A DNA stretch of 64,000 nucleotides, taken from contig CAWCLO010000001.1 of NCBI GenBank assembly GCA_963796455.1, positions 928,001 through 992,000 on the forward strand, given 5' to 3'. This DNA comes from Candidatus Sulfomarinibacteraceae bacterium (lineage in GTDB: Bacteria; Acidobacteriota; Thermoanaerobaculia; Thermoanaerobaculales; Sulfomarinibacteraceae). Positions 1-8,973 of the stretch are shown piece by piece. The notes below the pieces were generated by a model. The model did no database searches, was not told the origin of the DNA, and saw only the letters and a list, made by a program, of their open reading frames with translations. The position numbers were made by a program, and so were the translations under genes. Position 1 is the stretch's first letter, and every line of letters starts with the position of its first letter.

Positions 1-1898
1 TCGGGCCACCGTCTTCCGCCACCTCACCCTCGAGTACCTGCGCGCCCAGCAAAAGTTCGAGATTCGACCCGAGGGCAAAGGACGCCTCGAGCTCGATACC
101 GGTGATCTGCGACTCGCCGCGGTTGCGGAAGAAAAAGTCGTCATCGATTCGAAACCGCTCGATGAGGTCGAAGATGCGATAACGATAAACATAGAGCGCG
201 GCCATCATCTTGTCGGGGTTGTAGCGAAGGGCGAGATCGAATTGCAGGCTGGTTTCGGGCTCGAGATCGGGGTTGCCGGTGATGAAGCCTCTCCCGGTCT
301 CACCGCGATAGTAACGATCGGAAAGAAGTGGATCCCGGAAGCCCCGGGCCACCTGTCCGGTGAGCTCGAGATCGTGGCCGAAATCGAACCCGAGCGCCGC
401 AAAGCCCGAAAAGGCGGTATTGGACGTACCGACGTCGCCAAAATATCCGCCGGTGTTCTCACTCCGCACCCAGTCGCCGCGGGCTCCGAAGTCGAGACGC
501 CACCGGCCTAGGTCCGCTCTCGAAACTGGCAAAGACCCCCAGGTCGCTGCCATTGGCATCCTCGATACTCGTCTCACTGCTGGTCTCCAGCGGATCTCCG
601 GCACGGTCGAAGGTCGTGTATGTGTTGAGGGCCCGGAGATTGTAGCGGCCGTTGAGATCCAGCCCGATCACCATCCTCCACGCACCGAGCGCACGCTCGG
701 CATCGGCGCGGATCGTGTAATCGTTGGCATCGACCCTTGATTGCGCCACATCCCGAACGGTCGATGCCGTGGCGAAACGATCCTTGGTGAGATCCAGGCG
801 ATAGTCGTCCCAGGCGATTGAAACGCTGAGGCGGCTCCAGCTGCCCGGGCCCGGTCGTTCGAAACCGAGGCTGAGCCGATTCGAGTCTTCTCGCGGGTAA
901 TAGACCCTTCTTGTCGCGGAGTCAGGGGCCGGTTTTCCGACGTCCTTCGCCTCGTCGGTCCGCCAGCCGAGGTGAACGACCCCACCCAGCGCCACCGCCT
1001 GCCACCCGAAACGAAAACCGCTGAGCGTGGCACCCGAATCGAGCACCGTGCCTTCCGGGCTCTCGTAATCATCAGAGGAACGATAGTGCGCACCGAGGAG
1101 CAGGCCGCCACCGAGCAGACCGGTGGTAAATTCCGCCGCTGCCCCCGCCTCATTGATCCCCGCGCCGGCAACGGCGCTCCAATTCAGCCCCGTGCCCCCC
1201 TGCGGGTCCGGCATCCTGGTCCGAGCCCGGATGATCCCTCCAAAGGCATCCGAACCATAGGCCACCGAACCCGGTCCCCTGACCACCTCCACCTCCTCGA
1301 TGGTTTCGGGATCGAGGTAGGTTGCCGAGGGCCCAGCTCGCCGTTCGCTGGCCACCCGCCCATCGTCGAGTAAAAGCAGGGTTCGATGCTGGGGAAGACC
1401 ACGAAGACCGGGCACCGCCGAACGTCCGTCGCCGCTCACGCTGGATCCCGGGAGGTTCTCGAGCGTCTGGAAGAGCTGAACCGGCAAGCGCTGATCGAGA
1501 TCGCCGCGCCCCATCACTGTGGAGGCGACGGCAGGTGGCAGCTCGAGATCGGGCACGACCCCACTGACCACGGTGACTGTCTCTCCGATCGGAGCGACAA
1601 CAACAACCAGTGGTCCTTCGAGGGGCACCACTTCGATCGTCACCGGGCGCAGAGCAACTCCGTCGGGGCGTGCGACAAAAAGCACGAAGGGCGCCTCGGG
1701 GACCGGGTCGAGGACGAATCGGCCCCGGCCGTCTGCGACAAAGGATTCTCCGGTCTCGATCACCGTCACCCTGGCGCCGGCAAGGGTCTCCCCCGACGGG
1801 GTCTGAACACGGCACTCCAGCGCCGCCGAAACGGCGACACTGAAAAGGACGAAGATGAAGAACAACGATCTTCGAAGAATCAACGGTGAAATATCCAA
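1..1898 (-). pseudogene. TonB-dependent receptor with an apparent frameshift near 515-530; runs off the window start
   Basis: ORF 459-1898 has a signal peptide and a plug domain (IEEVEVVRGPGSVAYGSDAFGG). A shifted frame from ~525 to base 1 continues the beta-barrel (RWRLDFGARGDW...ARGFRDPLLSDRYY...GNPDLEPETS). Could be an assembly indel. Confidence 0.75.
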
Positions 1899-1902
1899 AT
1901 CC

Positions 1903-2484
1903 TCAGAACGCCACTAACGAAAGCAGCTCCTCGACCATTCCCAGGGTCATGCCCCAGATCAGATGGTCGCGGTAACGATAGCAGGGAAGTTCGAGGTCAA
2001 GACCGGAGTGGCGGTATTCCATGGTCTCGCGGTTCTGCTGATCGGCCAGGAAATCCACCGGCACCCAGACCACCTCCGCGACCTCATGATTTGGCACCAG
2101 GACCGGTCGTTCCGCCAGCGAAAAAACAAAGGGGCTGATAACCAGCGACATGGGTCGACCGCGACCGATGGCCTGGACGTCGTCGAGCCTTCCGAGTTTT
2201 TGAGCAAGGGCCTCCAGATCCAGGCTGACCTCTTCGCGGGCCTCCCGGATCGCTGCGCCCAGAGGATCCGCGTCACCCGGATCCACGCGGCCGCCGGGAA
2301 AAGCCATGTGACCGGACCACGGATCGCGCGGATCTTCGGCACGGTGGATAAACAGCATATCGAGCGAACCTGCGTGCTCACACAAGACCGCCGCAACCGC
2401 CGCCTGGCGCATCCCCTCGGTAATGGGCACTTCGAGAGCCTGGTATCGAGTCAGGGCGGCACGAAATCCATCGATCGTCAGCAC
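1903..2484 (-). CDS. Nudix hydrolase, CoA pyrophosphatase (NudL-like)
   Basis: PWSGHMAFPGG followed by the Nudix box AAIREAREEV, and IWGMT. Confidence 0.9.
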   Translation of the reverse strand: MLTIDGFRAALTRYQALEVPITEGMRQAAVAAVLCEHAGSLDMLFIHRAEDPRDPWSGHMAFPGGRVDPGDADPLGAAIREAREEVSLDLEALAQKLGRLDDVQAIGRGRPMSLVISPFVFSLAERPVLVPNHEVAEVVWVPVDFLADQQNRETMEYRHSGLDLELPCYRYRDHLIWGMTLGMVEELLSLVAF

Positions 2485-2512
2485 GAGAACATTGTCGCAG
2501 AGAGGGAGCGAT

Positions 2513-2624
2513 GGGGCTATCGGCTATCGGCCGTAAGCTATAGGCTATAGGCTATGGGCTATGGGCTATGGGCTGCAGGCTGTAGGCTGCAGGCTGTGGG
2601 CTGTGGGCTGTGGGCGATGGGCTG
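2513..2624 (+). repeat. Tandem heptamer array GGCTAT(C/A/G) drifting to GGCTG(C/T)N, about 16 units
   Basis: Read directly from the sequence. Confidence 0.9.
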
Positions 2625-2736
2625 AGGTTAGTCGGCTCCCATTTGTCAGCGATACCATTACCTTCTTCATCGTGCAATTCAGCCTACTTGCGTCACGGTG
2701 ACTTCGCCTCTCGACTCCTGGCTTACTGCTATTGTT

Positions 2737-2757
2737 TATAGCCTATAGCTTATAGCT
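2737..2757 (-). repeat. Inverted partner array (TATAGCC/TATAGCT x3)
   Basis: Reverse complement of the 2513-2624 unit; contains the stop codon of the MBL gene. Confidence 0.75.
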
Positions 2758-3621
2758 TTTCGGGGCGTTGCTCACCGCCGCCTTGACGAAGTTGAGCCTC
2801 GAAAACTCCCTCGTCGTCAACAACTCGAAGAATCGGTCTTTCATCCTGCCCTTGGCAAAAACACGGCTCGCGATCCTGCGTGGTGACAGACCCTTGGCGG
2901 TCAGTTCCAGGGAGCGCCGGGCCGCGTCCTCGATACGGTCAGCCTTGAGTTCGAGGCTTGGGGCCGGATCGTCGACTATCGCTCCGTGACCGGTCAACAT
3001 GCGGCGAGGGGCGAGGGCGGCGACCCGACGCAAGGACTCCGCCTCCTGCCACGGGTTGCCCCAGATGAGCACCGCGGTCGCACCGGGAGAGACAAAAAGA
3101 TCGCCGGAAAAGACATATCCGGTCGCCCGCTCGAAAAACGCAACCTGAGTCCGGGAATGGCCCGGCGTCGGAATGACCTCGAGTCTTCGGTCGGAGGTCG
3201 TCATCACCTCAGGAAGCTCGGTCGCTTCGAATTCGGCCACCGGCCCCCACCAGGCGCGGCGATAGGGTGCCAGCGAACGAACGCCCTCCTCCCACAATCG
3301 ATCGGCCTCGCGGAGAAAAACCGGACAACCGTGGGCGGCGGCGATGGCAGCGCAATTTCCGGTGTGGTCTTCGTGATTGTGGGTGCAGGCGACGGCTGCA
3401 ACATCGCGGCCGGAGAGCGCAGCCAGGAACGCTTCGCCACCATGGGAGAAACCGCTATCGATCAGCAGATCGCCGAGCAGGTAAGCGTTCACCTCGAAGC
3501 CGAGTCGGCGGGTCCCTCGGCTTTGAATACGAAATCTGCAGACACCCTCACCAACCTCGTCCACAGTCACCCGGACTGCTTGCGTCCGAGCCCACGCCCG
3601 ATGAATGAAGCTCTGCCGCAC
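2743..3621 (-). CDS. MBL-fold metallo-hydrolase
   Basis: THNHEDHTG, TPGHS, SGD and GHG motifs. Confidence 0.9.
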   Translation of the reverse strand: MRQSFIHRAWARTQAVRVTVDEVGEGVCRFRIQSRGTRRLGFEVNAYLLGDLLIDSGFSHGGEAFLAALSGRDVAAVACTHNHEDHTGNCAAIAAAHGCPVFLREADRLWEEGVRSLAPYRRAWWGPVAEFEATELPEVMTTSDRRLEVIPTPGHSRTQVAFFERATGYVFSGDLFVSPGATAVLIWGNPWQEAESLRRVAALAPRRMLTGHGAIVDDPAPSLELKADRIEDAARRSLELTAKGLSPRRIASRVFAKGRMKDRFFELLTTREFSRLNFVKAAVSNAPKSYKL

Positions 3622-3689
3622 CTCGGCATCTTACTCGATACTGGATGCTGGATTCCCGAACCAGATGGCTGAGGGACTGAGTAACAATC

Positions 3690-3975
3690 GCTATCGCTAT
3701 CGGAATCGCTATCAATATCGAACGGCTGCTGTGGATACCGTTCCTGAAAGGGAGAAAGGGAGAAAAGGAGAAAGGGGGAACCATCGATCACGGATATTTC
3801 CTGCACGCGAAAATCGCCTCCCGATGTCATCCTGAGCGGAGCCCGCCCTGGGGCGTAGTCGAAGGATCTATGAGATGGACCGCAGAGACCCGTGAGCCGC
3901 AGATCCTTCGACTCGGCCGTCGGACGGCCTCGCTCAGGATGACATATTGAACGACAGTTCCGATCCCGATCCCGT
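3690..3975 (+). repeat. Composite intergenic element: ATCGCT hexamers, GGGAGAAA octamers, paired TGTCATCCTGAGCG palindrome, CCGATC hexamers
   Basis: Homologous in inverted orientation to 48690-48976. Confidence 0.85.
3824..3945. repeat. Paired palindromic element ATGTCATCCTGAGCG...AGTCGAAGGATCT / AGATCCTTCGACT...CGCTCAGGATGACAT
   Basis: Two inverted ~45-bp arms, each with an internal hairpin. Confidence 0.9.
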
Positions 3976-4035
3976 TGCAGAAGGGGAGAAAGGGAGAACC
4001 GTACCGGAGGCGTCGCTTGTGATAAGGGCCGTGTG

Positions 4036-4281
4036 TCCTCTGCTCCTCTGCTCCTCTGCCTCCTCTGCTCCTCTGCTCCTCTGCTCCTCTGCTCCTCTGG
4101 CTCCTCTAAGGCTCCTCTGGCTCCTCTGCTCACTCTGCTCCTCTGCTCCTCTGCTCCTGCTGCTCGCTCCGCTGCTCCTCAGGCTGCCTCTGCTACGTCT
4201 GCTCCTCTGCTCCTCTGCTCCTCTGCTCCTCTGCTCCTCTGCTCCTCTGCTCCTCTGCTCCTCTGCTCCTCTGCTCCTCTG
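4036..4281 (+). repeat. Tandem octamer array (TCCTCTGC)n, about 30 units, degenerate in the middle
   Basis: Read directly from the sequence. Confidence 0.95.
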
Positions 4282-4382
4282 GAGATCTGAATTTCGATAC
4301 CGGTAGCGATTGCGGCATGCACCACCAACGAAATAGATGATGAATCCGTTTTGCTTTCTCTTGCAGCGACAAGGAGATCAAT

Positions 4383-4766
4383 ATGGCCAAGGTGCTTGGA
4401 ATCGGTGGCGTGTTCTTCAAATCCGAGGACCCCGCAAAACTCGGAGAGTGGTATCAAAAATGGCTCGGACTCCCGGTAGAGCCCCCTTACGGGGCCAATT
4501 TCAAACCGGAGACCGTGCCGGCCGGTGGTCTCACCGTCTGGTCGCCGTTCAAAAAGGACACCGATTATTTCGAACCGTCGAAACAGGACTACATGATCAA
4601 CCTGATGGTGGATGATCTCGATGGTGTCTTGGCCCAGGTGACCGAAGGCGGTGGCGAAATCGTCGGTGACATCATGGACGAGGACTATGGCCGTTTTGGC
4701 TGGTTTCTCGACCCCGAGGGCAACAAGGTGGAGCTTTGGCAACCAAAAGAAGGCGGGTTTGAATGA
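4383..4766 (+). CDS. VOC (glyoxalase/bleomycin-resistance) family protein
   Basis: KVLGIGGVFF...YGRFGWFLDPEGNKVELW; AAGGAG RBS. Confidence 0.9.
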   Translation: MAKVLGIGGVFFKSEDPAKLGEWYQKWLGLPVEPPYGANFKPETVPAGGLTVWSPFKKDTDYFEPSKQDYMINLMVDDLDGVLAQVTEGGGEIVGDIMDEDYGRFGWFLDPEGNKVELWQPKEGGFE

Positions 4767-4769
4767 GGA

Positions 4770-4853
4770 ATTTCGGATTTCGGATTTCGGATTTCGGATT
4801 TCGGATTTCGGATTTCGGATTTCGGATTTCGGATTTCGGATTTCGGATTTCGG
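4770..4853 (+). repeat. Perfect heptamer array (ATTTCGG)12
   Basis: Counted directly; starts 3 nt after the VOC stop codon. Confidence 0.95.
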
Positions 4854-4873
4854 ATTTTACCGGACATTTCATG

Positions 4874-4977
4874 AGAAACCGCAGATCACGCAGATGACAT
4901 GAGGCTGGGCTGGCCAAACCGGCACTGGCCGTTTGTCATCCTGAGCGACGGAGCTTCGCGACCGAGTCGAAGGATCT
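4874..4977 (+). repeat. Dispersed module: 32-bp AGAAACCGCAGATCACGCAGATGACATGAGGC plus a 44-bp single TGTCATCCTGAGCG...GAAGGATCT arm
   Basis: Further copies at 48469-48563 and 60903-61005. Confidence 0.9.
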
Positions 4978-5009
4978 GTGCAGATAGTACATCGCGATCG
5001 ATCCGACGG

Positions 5010-5120
5010 TGATCGCTGTTCCTGATCGTTGTTCCCGGTCGCTGCTTCCTGCCGCTGAACTCTGTTCGCTGTCCCTGCTCTCTGTCCCGGTGGTTGACGC
5101 TGGACACTGTCGCTGTCGCC
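5010..5120 (+). repeat. Degenerate CGCTGT-type hexamer array (single arm)
   Basis: Same unit type as the arms at 51600-51691 and 61255-61370. Confidence 0.65.
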
Positions 5121-5150
5121 CGAGTTTTGGAGAGCAGCAACTCTTGACCC

Positions 5151-5948
5151 TTACCTCTTGACTTTCTTTTCCGCCGAATCACCATGCCGAGCAGTACCCG
5201 GAGTCGGGGGTCGCTGGTCGCCGTACCAGTATTTGTCCGCATAGTCGCTGGTCGCCCTCGGCGAGCGCAGGATCAACGGAAATACCTTGAAGAGATCGGT
5301 GAAGTAGTGCCAGTCTCCGTATTTGTCGAACTTGCGCGACGAGGCGATGCCTTTGACTTTCCGGAGACGAACGAGCCGCTGTCCTCGTTTCCGACCAAGC
5401 CTCCGAAGATCGAAAAGCAACTGGACGTCTTCACCGAAGAGACGTCTCTCGTCATAGGTTCCGACCGAAGTGAAGTCTTCCCGGAGGCAAAAGACGACCC
5501 CGGTGTCCATGCGAAGAGCCCAGACAAATGGCACGAACATGCAATAGGTGATGGCGATCCCGAGCGACCATCGTTCGAGACGGACACCGGTCGAACCCGC
5601 CACCACCCTGCCCCCCGCCAGGCAGTCCTCGATCGCGTTGAATGTCTCGGGATGAACCTGTCCATCGGCATCAACGAAACACAGAATCTTTCCGGTCGCT
5701 TCGGCCGCCCCACCATTGCGCACGCTCGCGATTCGGCGGGGTTCAATCGAGACCACCCGGCAACCCCGATCGACCGCGATCGCCGCGGTGTCGTCGAGTG
5801 ACTCGTTGTCGGCCACAACAACCTCGATCGCAGCAGGGCCCCCGCGGTAACGATCTCGGGCCACATCGACCGTGTCGAGCAATCGGGGAAGCAACTCCGC
5901 TTCGTTGTAGGCCGGAATGACCAGGGAAATCCTGGAATGACTCCTCAT
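5151..5948 (-). CDS. Glycosyltransferase family 2
   Basis: ISLVIPAYNE, VADNES, FVDAD, GED. Confidence 0.9.
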   Translation of the reverse strand: MRSHSRISLVIPAYNEAELLPRLLDTVDVARDRYRGGPAAIEVVVADNESLDDTAAIAVDRGCRVVSIEPRRIASVRNGGAAEATGKILCFVDADGQVHPETFNAIEDCLAGGRVVAGSTGVRLERWSLGIAITYCMFVPFVWALRMDTGVVFCLREDFTSVGTYDERRLFGEDVQLLFDLRRLGRKRGQRLVRLRKVKGIASSRKFDKYGDWHYFTDLFKVFPLILRSPRATSDYADKYWYGDQRPPTPGTARHGDSAEKKVKR

Positions 5949-5989
5949 TGCATCACCATGCTACTTGAAAGCGCGTATGATCGTGTTCA

Positions 5990-6454
5990 ATGAACGAACA
6001 ACCAGTCTCGATTCGACCGGCCGATGGTGGTGACCTGCGAGCCCTCTGCAAACTCACCGGCGAACTCGGCTACTCGTCGACCCTCGAGGCGGTCGAAACC
6101 CGCTTCGAAAAACTCATGGAGGCGCCGGGCAACGCCGTATTCGTGGCCGTGGCCGAAACCAGAATAATCGTGGGTTGGGTGCACGTCTTCGGAACTCACC
6201 GCATCGAATCAGATACTTTTGCAGAACTCGGAGGATTGATCGTCTCCGATGAACACCGCCGTCGCGGCATCGGCCGGGCCTTGCTCGACGCGGCCCGCCG
6301 GTGGGCAGAATCCAACGGCTACGTGAAGCTCAGGGTCCGTAGCCGCGCCGACCGCGACAAGGCTCACCGCTTCTTCGAGCGGTCGGGGCTTGCCCATACC
6401 AAGACGCAGAAAATATTCGATGCGACACTGAACCGCGGAGATCGAGAACATTGA
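5990..6454 (+). CDS. GNAT family N-acetyltransferase
   Basis: LIVSDEHRRRGIGRALL; AHRFFERSG. Confidence 0.9.
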   Translation: MNEQPVSIRPADGGDLRALCKLTGELGYSSTLEAVETRFEKLMEAPGNAVFVAVAETRIIVGWVHVFGTHRIESDTFAELGGLIVSDEHRRRGIGRALLDAARRWAESNGYVKLRVRSRADRDKAHRFFERSGLAHTKTQKIFDATLNRGDREH

Positions 6455-6520
6455 GAGTGACCAGAAACCATTGCGAAGCCTGGTTGTGGCGGGTACATTG
6501 ACAGGTGCAGGGAGGCGATA

Positions 6521-6886
6521 TTGATCGACCACATCAGCATTTCAGTCAGCGAATTCGAGGCTAGTAGAGATTTTTTCAAAGAAGCCCTACTCCCTCTCGA
6601 CTATCAGATCGTAGTGGAAATGGAGGACGCCTGCGGATTCGGCGTCATGCAGAAATCGGACTTCTGGATCAAAGAAGGGGACGCCACGGTTCCTCCTGTC
6701 CACATCGCCTTCACCAGTCGCGACCGCGCGACCGTCGACGCCTTTTATGCGGCAGCCCTGGCGGCCGGCGGCACCGACAACGGCGCACCTGGTCTGCGAG
6801 GGGACTACCATCCCAACTATTACGCGGCTTTCGTCCTCGACCCTGACGGCAACAATATCGAGGCCGTATGTCATCGACCCCAATAA
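6521..6886 (+). CDS. VOC family protein
   Basis: IDHISISV...HIAF...YYAAFVLDPDGNNIEAVCH. Confidence 0.9.
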   Translation: MIDHISISVSEFEASRDFFKEALLPLDYQIVVEMEDACGFGVMQKSDFWIKEGDATVPPVHIAFTSRDRATVDAFYAAALAAGGTDNGAPGLRGDYHPNYYAAFVLDPDGNNIEAVCHRPQ

Positions 6887-6894
6887 CCCGGCCG

Positions 6895-7584
6895 ATGCTC
6901 ACGCGCCAGCAGGCACGTGAGCATTACGACCGCCGCGGGCGACGGCCTAAAGGGCCCGCCCGTTATGAGCGTGAGGCTCTCGATCGATTGATCGAGGTCG
7001 GTGACTTCGGTCTTGCCGAATCGGTGGTCGAATTCGGGTGCGGCGACGGCTCCCTGGCCCAACGCCTGATGGAGGAAGAACTGCCGATGAAGGCCTCCTA
7101 CGCGGCCTTCGATGTTTCGGATGCAATGGTCCAGTCAACCAGGGCGCGGCTCGTGCCATTTGGTTCACGGGTCTCGGTGACGAAGACCGACGGCCGACCG
7201 CGGGTCCCGTTACCGCCGAAGTGCTGCGACCGGTATGTCGCCACCTATGTGATCGAGCTGCTTTCGACCATGGACATCGGCCGGACCCTCTCCCAGGCCT
7301 GGCAACTGCTCCGGCCCGACGGTTTACTGTGCCTGACGAGTCTCACCTATGGGACCAACTTCGTCTCAAAGCTGATCGTAGCCGGTCGGTTGGCCGTGCA
7401 TACGATCAAACCCTCGCTCGTCGGTGGCCGCCGTCCCCTCTCGCTCGCCGATTATCTCGGGCCGGCATCGTGGAAGATCCTGTATTCGACCACCATCGTC
7501 TCGTACGGGATTCCCTCCGAGGTCCTGGTCGCCAAACCACGCGCCCACAGTCAGGGAGACCCCGGAGCAGTCGTTCTGGATTAA
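6895..7584 (+). CDS. Class I SAM-dependent methyltransferase
   Basis: VVEFGCGDG; LLRPDG. Confidence 0.85.
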   Translation: MLTRQQAREHYDRRGRRPKGPARYEREALDRLIEVGDFGLAESVVEFGCGDGSLAQRLMEEELPMKASYAAFDVSDAMVQSTRARLVPFGSRVSVTKTDGRPRVPLPPKCCDRYVATYVIELLSTMDIGRTLSQAWQLLRPDGLLCLTSLTYGTNFVSKLIVAGRLAVHTIKPSLVGGRRPLSLADYLGPASWKILYSTTIVSYGIPSEVLVAKPRAHSQGDPGAVVLD

Positions 7585-7603
7585 AAGTAACAGGGGGCTC
7601 ATC

Positions 7604-7915
7604 ATGAACATCGAAGACATCGAGATCCAACGTCTCCTGCCGGGAACCGAGGTCCGTTTCATCCATTCCGACCGGATGACCGTCGCCCACTGGCACTTCG
7701 ATCCCGACATCGATCTTCCCGAACACTCACACCACCACGATCAGATATCCACTGTCGTCGAGGGCGAGTTCGAACTCACGCTGAACGGCGTCACCGAACG
7801 ACTGAGCGCCGGCGACTACCTGGTCATCCCACCAAACGTCGTGCACTCCGGCCGCTCCATAACCGATTGTCGGATCATCGACGTCTTCTCCCCGGTCCGA
7901 GAGGACTTCCGGTAG
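7604..7915 (+). CDS. Cupin domain protein
   Basis: PEHSHHHDQ...IPPNVVHS...IDVFSPVREDF. Confidence 0.9.
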   Translation: MNIEDIEIQRLLPGTEVRFIHSDRMTVAHWHFDPDIDLPEHSHHHDQISTVVEGEFELTLNGVTERLSAGDYLVIPPNVVHSGRSITDCRIIDVFSPVREDFR

Positions 7916-7932
7916 ACGCACACAGAATCTGA

Positions 7933-8028
7933 ACCACCAAGACACCAAGTACACCAAGAACGCGCCAAGCGTTTCGAAGGCCGGGCCCGAGTATGAGTCC
8001 GTCTTGGTGTCCTTGGTGCCTTGGTGGT
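7933..8028. repeat. Inverted pair of CACCAAG-based 8/9-mer arrays (27-bp arms, 25/27 complementary) around a 42-bp core
   Basis: ACCACCAAGACACCAAGTACACCAAGA ... TCTTGGTGTCCTTGGTGCCTTGGTGGT. Confidence 0.9.
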
Positions 8029-8044
8029 GAAGCGGCGGCCGGCA

Positions 8045-8078
8045 TTCCTAATTCCTAATTCATCTAATTCCTAATTCT
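8045..8078 (+). repeat. Heptamer array ATTCCTA
   Basis: Read directly from the sequence. Confidence 0.75.
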
Positions 8079-8117
8079 TCCAAGCTACACTGATCCCACA
8101 ATGGAGATGCAACCAAA

Positions 8118-8504
8118 TTGAAAGCCTTCACCGACGTCCTCTGGGTCGGATTCGGAGGTTTCGTCGGTTCGAGCCTCCGCTTCATGCTCTCGGGTTGGGT
8201 CCACCGGATACCCGGCACCGGGAGCTTTCCGCACGGAACTTTGGTGGTCAACGTCCTCGGTTGCCTGGCGATCGGTCTGCTTGGCGGCTGGGCGGAACAC
8301 CGCCAGGTATTCTCTCCCGCCGCCCGGCTCTTTCTTATGATCGGTGTGCTCGGAGGCTTCACGACATTTTCGACCTTTGCATTCGAGACTGTGGCATTGG
8401 CACACGCCTCTGACGTGGCGCGCATGTTTGCCAATATCGTTCTCCAACTCGTGCTGGGTCTCAGCGCCGCCTGGCTCGGCTACCTCATCGCCCGATCATT
8501 GTGA
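8118..8504 (+). CDS. crcB: Fluoride channel CrcB/FluC
   Basis: GGFVGSSLRF, FPHGTLVVNVLG, GVLGGFTTFSTF. Confidence 0.95.
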   Translation: MKAFTDVLWVGFGGFVGSSLRFMLSGWVHRIPGTGSFPHGTLVVNVLGCLAIGLLGGWAEHRQVFSPAARLFLMIGVLGGFTTFSTFAFETVALAHASDVARMFANIVLQLVLGLSAAWLGYLIARSL

Positions 8505-8511
8505 GGTTGAT

Positions 8512-8862
8512 ATGGACGTACCGGATCATGGTCAACTCCTTCGCATCTTTATCGGCGAATCCGACCGTCATGAAGGAATGCCGCTTTATGAATGGATCGT
8601 CCGCGAGGCGCGGCGCGAGGGTCTCGCCGGGGCCACCGTATTGCGCGGTCTCGAGGGATTCGGTGCGCGCAGCCGGCTCCATACCGCCCGCATCCTGCGT
8701 CTCTCATCCGATCTTCCGGTGGTCATCGAGATCGTCGATACGGCCGACCACATCGATGCTTTTTTGCCGCTGATCGACGGAGCCATCACCGAAGGCCTCG
8801 CCACGGTCGAAAAAGTCGCGATACGCTTCTACCGAAGTGGCAAAGACGACACTGATTCCTGA
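8512..8862 (+). CDS. DUF190 domain protein
   Basis: LLRIFIGESD...GLAGATVLRG...LSSDLPVVIEIVD; common neighbour of crcB. Confidence 0.9.
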   Translation: MDVPDHGQLLRIFIGESDRHEGMPLYEWIVREARREGLAGATVLRGLEGFGARSRLHTARILRLSSDLPVVIEIVDTADHIDAFLPLIDGAITEGLATVEKVAIRFYRSGKDDTDS

Positions 8863-8926
8863 CTGGATGCTAGATGCAGCGAAATCGTTGGTTTCCCTCA
8901 CGGCTTGTCAAGGGCAGTGTGCGATG

Positions 8927-8953
8927 AAATTCCGAATTCCGAATTCCGAATTC
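8927..8953 (+). repeat. Heptamer array AATTCCG
   Basis: Read directly from the sequence. Confidence 0.8.
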
Positions 8954-8973
8954 TTCCGCGCTAGACTCCCCCT

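Noticed and set aside
3567..4306. ORFs with EEQRSRGA / SSAPLLLC repeats (also 46014-46599 and the N-terminal extension of the ABC-F)
   Set aside because: Translations of the TCCTCTGC array in different frames, not real proteins.
4036..4853. Possible CRISPR array
   Set aside because: Units are 7-8 nt, contiguous, without unique spacers; no cas genes.
4651..4917. ORFs with SEIRNPK / FRISDFG repeats
   Set aside because: Translations of the ATTTCGG array.
8030..8117. Fluoride riboswitch upstream of crcB
   Set aside because: GGAGATG is present, but I could not find the pseudoknot pairing or the downstream conserved motif; it is more likely the RBS. An Rfam crcB search would settle it.
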